Notes: generated from the letters alone by a model not told the origin. DNA of 64,000 bases from Pelagibacterales bacterium SAG-MED29 (GCA_014653815.1 JACWDZ010000004.1:10393-74392); one strand, 5' to 3'. Counted from the first letter of the stretch, positions 44,600 through 52,921 are shown. Numbers and translations are program-made.

Positions 44600-45961
44600 A
44601 TGAATTTAACCAAAGACTCTATTTGGCAGTTGCTAAGAAAAGTAACTATCCCAGCAAGCACTGGCTCACTTTTTCAAACTTTTTATAATCTTGTAGATAC
44701 ATATTTCGCAGGAAGAATTTCACCAGAGGCTCTTGCGGCTATTGCAAAGTCATGGCCTATATATTTCATAGCTATAGCTGTAGCAGTTGGAATTGGAGCT
44801 GGGACAACAGCTCTTATAAGCAATTCAATTGGAGCTAAGGAAGACAAAAAAGCCTCTATGTATGTTGCTCAGTCAATTGTTTTTGCAATTGGTATTTCAA
44901 TTTTTGTTACAATATTTGGTTTAAATTTTTCAGATGAACTATTAAGAATTATGGGTTCTAGCGATCAAAGTATTGTTTTAACACGGGAATATCTGGATAT
45001 AATTTTTTATGGAGCAATTATAGTATTAGTACAATTGTCATTAAACGGAACCCTAAATGCGCAAGGAGATACTAAAAGTTATAGAAATGTTTTAATTTTT
45101 ACTTTTTTTTTGAATATTTTTCTAAATCCACTTTTTATTTTTGGTTACGGTTTTATACCCGCTTTTGGAATCGCTGGATTAGCGATAGCTACTCTTATTT
45201 CTCAATTTATAGGTTTAATTTATTTAGCTAACAAAGTTTATTGTTGTAAATTAAAAAAATATTTATATTTAGAATGTTATAAACCAAAGATTGATTACAT
45301 AAGCACTCTTTTTAAGCAATCAGTTCCAATTATGTTCACAATGTTAATGATTATGTTTGGTGTGTTTAATATCTTCTATTTCGTTGGACAATTTGGTGAG
45401 TTAGCAACGGCGGGCTATGGAACAGCGGTTAGAATAGAGCAAGTTTTATTGCTACCAGTAATAGGATTAAATACAGCTGTTTTATCAATAGCAGGACAAA
45501 ATTACGGAGCTAAATTACATTTAAGAGTAAAAGAAGTGTATGGAAAAGCATTGATGTTTGGTTCAGGTTTTATGATATTAGCTGGTATTTTTATTTATTT
45601 AACCTCTGAATTGATAATATCTTTTTTTACTAGCGACCCTTTAGTAATTCAAAGTGGTGCTCTTTATTTACAAGTAGCAGCTTTAATAGGTCCTGTATAT
45701 CCAGTCTTTTTTATAACATCGGCTTTATTTCAAGCCCTCAAAAGACCTACGTATAGTCTGTATATGACTATTCTCAGACTTACATTAATACCATTTTTGT
45801 CTTTGTGGTACGTGATAAATATAAAAAATGGAGAATACCAAGATATTTTTTATACAATAATGATTACAAATTGGATGATGGGGCTAGTAGTCCTAACATT
45901 TGTACCTTTCTTTTTAAAAAGGGTATTTAAGATTTCTTTTAAAAGATTATTTGTATTCTAG
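44600..45961 (+). CDS. MATE family efflux transporter
   Basis: QTFYNLVDTYFAG, GDTK, NIFLNPLFIFG, GQNYGA; many TM segments. Confidence 0.92.
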   Translation: MNLTKDSIWQLLRKVTIPASTGSLFQTFYNLVDTYFAGRISPEALAAIAKSWPIYFIAIAVAVGIGAGTTALISNSIGAKEDKKASMYVAQSIVFAIGISIFVTIFGLNFSDELLRIMGSSDQSIVLTREYLDIIFYGAIIVLVQLSLNGTLNAQGDTKSYRNVLIFTFFLNIFLNPLFIFGYGFIPAFGIAGLAIATLISQFIGLIYLANKVYCCKLKKYLYLECYKPKIDYISTLFKQSVPIMFTMLMIMFGVFNIFYFVGQFGELATAGYGTAVRIEQVLLLPVIGLNTAVLSIAGQNYGAKLHLRVKEVYGKALMFGSGFMILAGIFIYLTSELIISFFTSDPLVIQSGALYLQVAALIGPVYPVFFITSALFQALKRPTYSLYMTILRLTLIPFLSLWYVINIKNGEYQDIFYTIMITNWMMGLVVLTFVPFFLKRVFKISFKRLFVF

Positions 45962-46681
45962 TTTATTCTCTAACTTTCTCACAAAATAAGAAACTACTAA
46001 TATTAAAAGAAGATATTCCAAAATTAAAAAAGTATAAATTTCTAAAGGTCGGTAAGTAGTAGTAACAAGCTCATTAGCTTTTCTAGTTAGATCGCCTATT
46101 CCAATAATTGATACTAGCGATGACATCTTCAGAACATAGACAAATTGATTGCATAAAGCTGGCAAAACCACTTTTATAGCTTGAGGGAGAATTACAAATC
46201 GCATCTTTTTCCAAAAATCCATTCCAAGTGATCCAGCTACCTCATGCTGACCTTTATTGATTGAATTAATCCCTGCTCTAAAAATCTCAGCTTGAAAAGC
46301 ACTCTCGCTTATTGTTAGCGCAATTATTCCTGAAACAAATGGGGAAAAACTGATACCCAGCATTATTGGCAATCCGTAATAGATCCAAAGTATTAAAACT
46401 AGTAAAGGAATAGCTCTTACAATTTCCACATATCCTATATTAAAATAAGTTAAAAATTTGTTATTTGATAGAGAAGGTAGGGCAACTATCAACCCAATAA
46501 TCATAGCTAAGATTATTGAAACTACAGAAATATAAATTGTAGTAGTTATTCCACTAATTAAGAATTTAAGATTAGTTAATCCCTCTATATTATTTGGGCT
46601 TAAAATATACCAACCCCATTCGTAGTTGCTGCTACAACTTTGTAGTATTAAAAAAAAAATAAGATATTTTATAAACTTCAC
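45947..46681 (-). CDS. Polar amino acid ABC transporter permease
   Basis: VRAIPLLV, AEIFRAGI, EAA-like QHEVAGSLGM, ILPQA, KMSSLVSII. Confidence 0.92.
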   Translation of the reverse strand: MKFIKYLIFFLILQSCSSNYEWGWYILSPNNIEGLTNLKFLISGITTTIYISVVSIILAMIIGLIVALPSLSNNKFLTYFNIGYVEIVRAIPLLVLILWIYYGLPIMLGISFSPFVSGIIALTISESAFQAEIFRAGINSINKGQHEVAGSLGMDFWKKMRFVILPQAIKVVLPALCNQFVYVLKMSSLVSIIGIGDLTRKANELVTTTYRPLEIYTFLILEYLLLILVVSYFVRKLENKLEYK

Positions 46682-46722
46682 TTGATTGTTATATTTGTTT
46701 GCTGAAGTTAATTAAACTTAAA

Positions 46723-47490
46723 TTACAAGCTTTTAAGATTGTATTTAGCTAGTAAAGTCTTGAAAAAACCTGAGGATTTTTTATCTTCTATCCATTTACT
46801 AACATAATTATTCCAAGTTTTATCATTTTTTGGAACCATCATAGCTAAAAATGCTGGATTTTTTTCACCATCAGGTACTATTGCTAGCTGAGGGTATTTA
46901 ATTACTAATTTGTTTGCTTCTGTCGAACTTGTTATATTTCCATCCGCTCTTCCAGCAAGCACTTCTTGAAAATCTCTAGCAGGGGCTTCTACTGATTTAA
47001 GCTTAGATTTAGGAAAAAATTCTTTTGCTTTTTCCTCTTGGGATGTTCCTAAAGTTGTTGCTATTGTAACATCTTTATTATTTAACGAGTTCCAAGTTGA
47101 AAACTTTTTTAAATTTTTTTTCAGCACTAATGGAACTGTGCCGTATTTATAATAAGTTGTTGTAAAACCAGCTACTTCTGCTCTTTTTGGCGTTTTAGTT
47201 ACACTTGTAGAAATATCGTATCTATCTGCAGTAATTCCAGCAACAATTGTTTTCCATTCAGTTGGAACAAACTTTACTTTTACCCCTAAGTCTTTTGCTA
47301 GTTCTTTCATTACATCAATATCAAATCCTTTATATTTATTCGTAGCAGGATCTTTCATTGACATTGGATCCCAGTCACCTGTTGTCCCAACTCTTAATTC
47401 ACCATTTTTTTTTATTGATTGTAATTTAGATTCTGCATTAGCTGCAGTTGATATAATTAACAAACTTATTATTGCTAAAAATTTTTTCAT
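46723..47490 (-). CDS. Family-3 periplasmic solute-binding protein, cyclohexadienyl-dehydratase-like
   Basis: Signal peptide; [26 protein letters not shown]. Confidence 0.85.
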   Translation of the reverse strand: MKKFLAIISLLIISTAANAESKLQSIKKNGELRVGTTGDWDPMSMKDPATNKYKGFDIDVMKELAKDLGVKVKFVPTEWKTIVAGITADRYDISTSVTKTPKRAEVAGFTTTYYKYGTVPLVLKKNLKKFSTWNSLNNKDVTIATTLGTSQEEKAKEFFPKSKLKSVEAPARDFQEVLAGRADGNITSSTEANKLVIKYPQLAIVPDGEKNPAFLAMMVPKNDKTWNNYVSKWIEDKKSSGFFKTLLAKYNLKSL

Positions 47491-47550
47491 TATTTCTTTC
47501 TACTTATTTTTTTTTATTAAATCTAAACGCATATTGACCCAATTAATGAC

Positions 47551-47580
47551 TTGACTTGTGATAGTTTAATAGATTATAAA
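47551..47580 (+). promoter_or_regulatory. Putative sigma70 promoter of umuDC
   Basis: TTGACT (47551-47556), 18-nt spacer, TATAAA (47575-47580), directly before the SOS box. Confidence 0.55.
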
Positions 47581-47595
47581 GAACAAAACAAGAAC
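47581..47595 (+). promoter_or_regulatory. Alphaproteobacterial LexA (SOS) box GAAC-N7-GAAC
   Basis: GAAC-AAAACAA-GAAC, 3 nt before the umuD ATG. Confidence 0.85.
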
Positions 47596-47598
47596 ATA

Positions 47599-47991
47599 AT
47601 GAAACTAACAATACCATTTTATTTACACAAAGTAGGAGCTGGTTTTCCGTCTCCAGCCACAGACTACATCGAGGATGATATTGATTTAAATTCATATCTT
47701 ATAACAAATGCTCCTGCAACTTTCATAATAAGAGTGCAAGGCAAGTCCATGATGAATGTTGGAATTTACGATGGAGATTTATTAATAGTAGATAAAAGCA
47801 TAGACTCAAGAAATTTTTCAACTGTAATAGCAAATGTAAATGAAGAACTCGTTGTAAAAACATTGGTAAAAGAAAAAGGGGTTAGCTACCTAACCTCAGG
47901 ATCAAAAAATATATTAGATAAAATCAATCTTACAGAAAATCCAGAAATAGTAGTTTGGGGAGTAGTAACCTATGTCATACACAAACAGTAG
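47599..47991 (+). CDS. umuD: DNA polymerase V subunit UmuD (S24 peptidase)
   Basis: AGFPSPA cleavage site, GKSM catalytic Ser, LVVK Lys; start moved to ATG 47599. Confidence 0.93.
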   Translation: MKLTIPFYLHKVGAGFPSPATDYIEDDIDLNSYLITNAPATFIIRVQGKSMMNVGIYDGDLLIVDKSIDSRNFSTVIANVNEELVVKTLVKEKGVSYLTSGSKNILDKINLTENPEIVVWGVVTYVIHKQ

Positions 47992-49255
47992 TAAAAAAAA
48001 CAAAGTTGCTCTGATAGATTGTAATTCATTTTATGTTTCGTGCGAAAGATTATTTAATCCAAAGATAAACAATAAACCTGTTGTAGTTCTTTCTAATAAT
48101 GATGGGTGTGTTATTTCGAGATCTACCGAAGCAAAGAAGATTGGAATTAAAATGGGAGAACCATATTTCAAGGTTAAAGAGCTTATAAAAAAAAATAATG
48201 TTTATATTTTTTCATCTAATTATAGCCTATACGGCGATATTTCTCGAAGAGTCATGAAAACTTTAAGATCTTTTTCAGATAAAATTGAAATCTATTCAAT
48301 AGATGAAGCTTTTGTTGATTTATCACATATAGCAGAAAAAGAAGTAGAAAATTATGGAAAAGAAATAAGAAAAAGAATTCTAAAATGGACAGGGATACCA
48401 ACAAGTGTAGGTATTTCTAACACAAAAACTCTGAGTAAAGTTGCTAATCATATAGCTAAAAAAAATAAGACAGGAGTCATTTATTTAAATGAAAATATTA
48501 ATAAAAGTCTAAAAAATTTTCACATTTCAGATATTTGGGGTGTTGGAAAGCAATTATCTAAATTATATATAAAAAATGGAATAGATACAGCCTACAAATT
48601 AAAAAATATTTCAAATAGCTGGGTTAAAAAAAGCACAAATGTTTTAGGTGCCAAGACAGTAATGGAGCTTAGAGGAGTATCTTGTATAAATTTAGAAACA
48701 CAAGAAACAAAAAGAAAAAGCTGTTGCGTTTCAAGATCATTTGGAAAAAAGGTTGAAAGTTTAGAGAAATTACAAGAGTCTATTACTACACATTGTTTAA
48801 ATGCAGCTGAAAAAATTAGAAGTGATAAGCAAACAACAAGATCAATAACTATTTATATTAGGACAAGCCCTTTTGATAAAAATAAAAAATATTATTCAAA
48901 CTCCATTACTATAGATTTACCAGTTTCTACCAGCAATAGTCTGGAATTAGTAAAAACAGCAATCAATGGGTTAAAAAAGATATATAGATATGGGTATTTT
49001 TATCAAAAAGCTGGTGTTATTTTATCTAAATTAAGAGAATCAAGTGAAAATGAATTAAATCTATTAGCACCAATTATGGAAAATAAGTCACAAACATTAA
49101 TGAAAGCAATAGATTTTACGAATGCTAAATATGGAAGAAACTCTATTAGCATAGCTCAAGCAGGAATTAATAAAAGTTGGAAAATGAAAAAAGAACATTC
49201 ATCTAAAATAGATACCGCTTCTTTTGCTTATTTACCTAGGGTTTTTACAACATAA
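47972..49255 (+). CDS. umuC: Y-family DNA polymerase V subunit UmuC
   Basis: DCNSFYVSCE, LSNNDGC, YSIDEAF, SRSFG, KAGV. Confidence 0.95.
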   Translation: MSYTNSSKKNKVALIDCNSFYVSCERLFNPKINNKPVVVLSNNDGCVISRSTEAKKIGIKMGEPYFKVKELIKKNNVYIFSSNYSLYGDISRRVMKTLRSFSDKIEIYSIDEAFVDLSHIAEKEVENYGKEIRKRILKWTGIPTSVGISNTKTLSKVANHIAKKNKTGVIYLNENINKSLKNFHISDIWGVGKQLSKLYIKNGIDTAYKLKNISNSWVKKSTNVLGAKTVMELRGVSCINLETQETKRKSCCVSRSFGKKVESLEKLQESITTHCLNAAEKIRSDKQTTRSITIYIRTSPFDKNKKYYSNSITIDLPVSTSNSLELVKTAINGLKKIYRYGYFYQKAGVILSKLRESSENELNLLAPIMENKSQTLMKAIDFTNAKYGRNSISIAQAGINKSWKMKKEHSSKIDTASFAYLPRVFTT

Positions 49256-49309
49256 ACGTGCGTCGAAATAAAATATTGAAAAAAAAGCTCATTTTAATAA
49301 ATTTTAGAC

Positions 49310-49405
49310 ATGTTTAAGAAAATAAACAATTGTAACTGTGAATGTAATTGTCAGGGTAGCTGTATGGGAAGCTGTTCTTGTGAAGACTGTAATTGTAGAA
49401 GATAA
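49310..49405 (+). CDS. Small Cys-rich metallothionein-like peptide, 31 aa (not in ORF track)
   Basis: ATG...TAA translates MFKKINNCNCECNCQGSCMGSCSCEDCNCRR; 9 in-frame TGT codons; TTGAAA (49276-49281) and TAAATT (49298-49303) lie just upstream. Confidence 0.8.
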   Translation: MFKKINNCNCECNCQGSCMGSCSCEDCNCRR

Positions 49406-49470
49406 TCCAAACCTTCTACAAAAAATAATAAAATCGAAGGTTAAATTTTAAAAGAACAATAGTTCTAAAT

Positions 49471-50388
49471 ATGAAAAAAATATACGTAATACATGAAAAC
49501 GATGAATGGTTAATTCCATTAAGGAAAAGTTTTAAAAAGATTAATGCGCCATATGAAGAATGGCATATGAATAAAGTAAAATTCGATTATAAAAAAACAC
49601 CACCAGAAGGTATCTTTTATAATCGTATGAGCGCAAGTTCTCATTCAAGAGGACACCGATATGCTCCAGAAAATACAAAAAATTTATTATCCTGGTTAGA
49701 AGAAAAGAAGAAAAGAATTATTAATAATTCAAGGGCTTTAGAACTAGAAATTAGTAAGAAAGAACAATATAAAGAATTAAAAAAGTTTGATATAAAATTT
49801 CCAATAACTTATTACGCGAATAATAAAAAAGAAATTATTGAAAAATCAAAAAATTTTAACAAGCCATTTATCACAAAACATAACAGAGGAGGTAAAGGTC
49901 TAGGAGTTAAATACTTTGAAAACGCCTTTGTTCTTGAAAAATATATAAATAATAATTTTGAAGATTCAATTGATGGTATAACTTTATTACAAGAATATAT
50001 TTCGTCAGATCCTCAAGTAATAACAAGAGTTGAATTCGTTAATGGAAAATTTCTATACGCTGTTCAAGTCGATGCATCTGATGGATTTGAACTGTGCCCA
50101 GCGGACTCATGTAACATCGAAGAGAAATTTTGCCCAACAAATCCTGACGGAAATAAATTTATGATTATTAAAGATTATAAGAATAAAGAGATCAAAAAGT
50201 ATGAAAATCTTTTAAAGTCAAATGGAATTGAAATTGCTGGGATAGAATACATAACGGGAAAAGATGAAAGTCATTATACTTATGATATAAATACAAATAC
50301 TAATTATAATCCGATTGCAGAAGAAAAAAGCAAAGAAAAAGGAATGGACTCTATAGCTAATTTTCTATACAACGAACTACGAAATTAA
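49471..50388 (+). CDS. RimK-like ATP-grasp ligase of unknown substrate
   Basis: KHNRGGKGLGV, LLQEYI, GIEY, YDINTNTNY; FYNRMSASSH; Cys loop FELCPADSC...FCP. Confidence 0.85.
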   Translation: MKKIYVIHENDEWLIPLRKSFKKINAPYEEWHMNKVKFDYKKTPPEGIFYNRMSASSHSRGHRYAPENTKNLLSWLEEKKKRIINNSRALELEISKKEQYKELKKFDIKFPITYYANNKKEIIEKSKNFNKPFITKHNRGGKGLGVKYFENAFVLEKYINNNFEDSIDGITLLQEYISSDPQVITRVEFVNGKFLYAVQVDASDGFELCPADSCNIEEKFCPTNPDGNKFMIIKDYKNKEIKKYENLLKSNGIEIAGIEYITGKDESHYTYDINTNTNYNPIAEEKSKEKGMDSIANFLYNELRN

Positions 50389-50390
50389 GA

Positions 50391-50460
50391 TCTATAAGGG
50401 GTGTCTATTAAGACTGAGATTAAACCCTAAGAACCTGACCGGTAATTCAGTAAGGGAAAT
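50391..50460 (+). ncRNA. TPP-class riboswitch (variant P4/P5 arm)
   Basis: GGGGTG, P3 GTCT/AGAC, TGAGA, ACCC, GAACCTGA...TAAT...AGGGAA directly before a transporter ATG. Confidence 0.8.
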
Positions 50461-51912
50461 ATGCAAAATACATTGTTATCATTACAATCATCAATGGCTG
50501 TAACCTTGTTAGTAGGATCTTTCTTTATTGGATTAGGATATATAAATTCAAAAAAAATCCCAAATAACAAAAATTATATAGTTGGAGATAGAAATGAAGA
50601 TACTTTTTCTCTCACAACAAGTTTAACAGCATCTGCTCTTGGAGCTTGGATTTTATTTGGACCAGCATCTGCGGCTACGTGGGGCGGAATAGGAGCTGTG
50701 ATAGGGTATGCATTAGGAACAGCAGCACCAATGTTACTTTTATTCAATTTTGGTCCTAAGATTAGAAAAGAATTTCCTAATGGCTTAACTTTAACGGAAT
50801 TTATTAGAAGAAGATTTGGATTAAGAATACTTAAAATAAGTTTATTTTTAATATTTTTTTATATGACAATATTTTTAATAGCTGAAGTTACAGCTATAGC
50901 TTATTTATTAAATTATATATCCCAAGTGCCTTTATGGGTAACATCAGCTATCACTTTAATCATATGTTTACTTTATGTTCTTAGAGGGGGTTTTAAACTT
51001 TCTATTATTACTGACAAATATCAATTTATATTTATTACTTTAATGATTTTTATTTCTGTCTTTTCGATTATAGGAAATATTGAATTATCGAGTTTTGAAT
51101 TGATAAAAAAAAATTCACCTCTTTTAATTGATAAAAATTATTTGCCAAATTATACAGCTGGGTTAACTTTTTTCATCGCTGTTGCAGCTACTAATTTATT
51201 TCACCAAGGCAATTGGCAAAGAGTTTTTTCTGCTAAAAATAATTCAATTTTAAAATCTAGTTTAATTTATTCATCTATATTGGTATTTTTTATAGTTTTT
51301 TGGATGGGTTATTCAGGTTTAATTGCTTATTCATTGAACCCAGAACTTAAACCAGATTTAGGTTTTTTTGATTTAATATTAAAAGATAGAAGCTCTCTTA
51401 TTATTATTGGTGTATTAGTTTTAGCTCTTTCTTTAACTCTAAGTACTATTGATACTCTTATTAATGCAATATCAAGCTTAATAATAGTTAATGGAGAACA
51501 AATTAACAAATCATTAAAAGGCAAAGAAATAAAAAAAAAAGCAAATTTAATAATTTTATTATTAAGTATACTAGTTTTTATTTTAGCATCTAAAGGTTAT
51601 AGCATTTTATATCTATTTTTATTAGCAGATTTACTTTGTTCCGCTGCGGTAATCACAATATTTTATGGTTTTTTTAATAAGAAGATTAATTCAAAACTTG
51701 CAATTTCTTCTATATTTTGTGGTCTTATATTTGGACTGTTATTTTTCCCTAGTCAAGACTTTCAAGGTAGCATCTTAGTCGGAAATTTGATTTCTATTGA
51801 TAATTTTTCTGTTTTTATTAAAACAAACTTACTGTTTATTTCTTTTCTTGTATCGCTATTTATACCCTTTTTAATGATAACGATTTATTCTTTACGTAGT
51901 TCATTTAAATAA
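50461..51912 (+). CDS. thiV: Sodium:solute symporter, ThiV-like (thiamin pyrimidine precursor uptake)
   Basis: SSS-family TM pattern (ASALGAWILFGP, GGFKLSIITD, HQGNWQRV, STIDT) under a TPP-like riboswitch. Confidence 0.75.
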   Translation: MQNTLLSLQSSMAVTLLVGSFFIGLGYINSKKIPNNKNYIVGDRNEDTFSLTTSLTASALGAWILFGPASAATWGGIGAVIGYALGTAAPMLLLFNFGPKIRKEFPNGLTLTEFIRRRFGLRILKISLFLIFFYMTIFLIAEVTAIAYLLNYISQVPLWVTSAITLIICLLYVLRGGFKLSIITDKYQFIFITLMIFISVFSIIGNIELSSFELIKKNSPLLIDKNYLPNYTAGLTFFIAVAATNLFHQGNWQRVFSAKNNSILKSSLIYSSILVFFIVFWMGYSGLIAYSLNPELKPDLGFFDLILKDRSSLIIIGVLVLALSLTLSTIDTLINAISSLIIVNGEQINKSLKGKEIKKKANLIILLLSILVFILASKGYSILYLFLLADLLCSAAVITIFYGFFNKKINSKLAISSIFCGLIFGLLFFPSQDFQGSILVGNLISIDNFSVFIKTNLLFISFLVSLFIPFLMITIYSLRSSFK

Positions 51913-52757
51913 ATAATTACAGCTAACCATATAAAGATAAAACTAATTAATTTATGTAAATTTAAAGGTTCATCATAATAGAGAATTCCAATAAAAAATT
52001 GAGCTGTAGGAGTTAAAAAAAAAAACATACTGGCTGGTCCTATCCCAATTAAATTAAATCCTTTCATATACCAAAACAAAGGGATTAAAGTCATAAAACC
52101 TGCAAAAAACAAATAAATAGATAAATCAGGTTCATTTATAGAAAAAATATTTAGACTGTTAATTGCTAAGTAGTAAAACAATATAAAAGCTATCGGTGTC
52201 ATTAGTAAAGTTTCTATTAAAAGACCAATATCTGAAGAAACATTAATTTTTTTTCTTATCAGTCCGTATAAACTAAAAGTGACTGCTACTGTTATACCTA
52301 TCCAAGGTATACTTTTTAAATGATATAAAAGATAAAAAAGAGAGATGATAACTAGTAATACAGATATAATTTTATTCCTATTATAAGGTTCATTTAAGAA
52401 AATGACTCCAAAAAAAACACTTAAAATTGGAAAAATATAATAACCTAGACTACCGTCTAAAAGATTATTTGTGCTAACTGCATAAAGCCAAGTAAACCAA
52501 TTAATTGATATCAATAAACCCGTTATCAGAAGTATTATTAAATTTTTAGGCTGTCCTATTAATCTATAAAATTCTGCCCATTTTGAATAATAATTAGTGG
52601 TTATTATTAAAAGCAATGCTGTCCAGACTGTTCTATGAATTGTTAATTCTAAGGGTGATGCAAAAGATACAAATTTAAAATAAAATACACCTATAACACC
52701 CCACCAAAGGGATGCTCCCACAGTAAATAAAGACCCCTGTAATAATTTTTTCTTCAT
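51885..52757 (-). CDS. rarD: EamA/DMT family transporter RarD
   Basis: LWWG, HRTVW, NWFTWLYA, SLGYYIFP, YGLIRKK. Confidence 0.9.
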   Translation of the reverse strand: MKKKLLQGSLFTVGASLWWGVIGVFYFKFVSFASPLELTIHRTVWTALLLIITTNYYSKWAEFYRLIGQPKNLIILLITGLLISINWFTWLYAVSTNNLLDGSLGYYIFPILSVFFGVIFLNEPYNRNKIISVLLVIISLFYLLYHLKSIPWIGITVAVTFSLYGLIRKKINVSSDIGLLIETLLMTPIAFILFYYLAINSLNIFSINEPDLSIYLFFAGFMTLIPLFWYMKGFNLIGIGPASMFFFLTPTAQFFIGILYYDEPLNLHKLISFIFIWLAVIIYLNELRKE

Positions 52758-52826
52758 TTGACCATTTTTTTGATTGATTTATAAGTTAATTATTTAATAA
52801 TTAGTACTAAATAAACTTGGTTATTT

Positions 52827-52918
52827 GGAAGAGTGGGTGAGTGGTTGAAACCAGTTGGTTGCTAACTAACCGTACGAGTAATATCGTACCGAGAGTTCGA
52901 ATCTCTCCTCTTCCGCCA
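52827..52918 (+). tRNA. trnS: tRNA-Ser (GCT)
   Basis: Acceptor GGAAGAG/CTCTTCC-GCCA; anticodon arm GTTGG-TTGCTAA-CTAAC; long variable arm GTACGA/TCGTAC; T-loop GTTCGAA. Confidence 0.96.
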
Positions 52919-52921
52919 AAG

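Noticed and set aside
49258-49269. GC-rich GTGCGTCGAAAT upstream of the Cys peptide, similar to TGCGACAAAT at 63550-63559
   Set aside because: Only two imperfect short instances; a shared regulator site cannot be supported without a genome-wide motif search.
49310-49405. Cys peptide as a radical-SAM RiPP (ranthipeptide/sactipeptide) or lanthipeptide precursor
   Set aside because: No radical SAM, LanM/LanBC or peptidase-exporter gene nearby, and almost no leader.
52758-52921. tRNA-Ser or tRNA-Trp as an island integration site
   Set aside because: No integrase, and I saw no duplicated tRNA 3' end or compositional shift; flanks are housekeeping genes.
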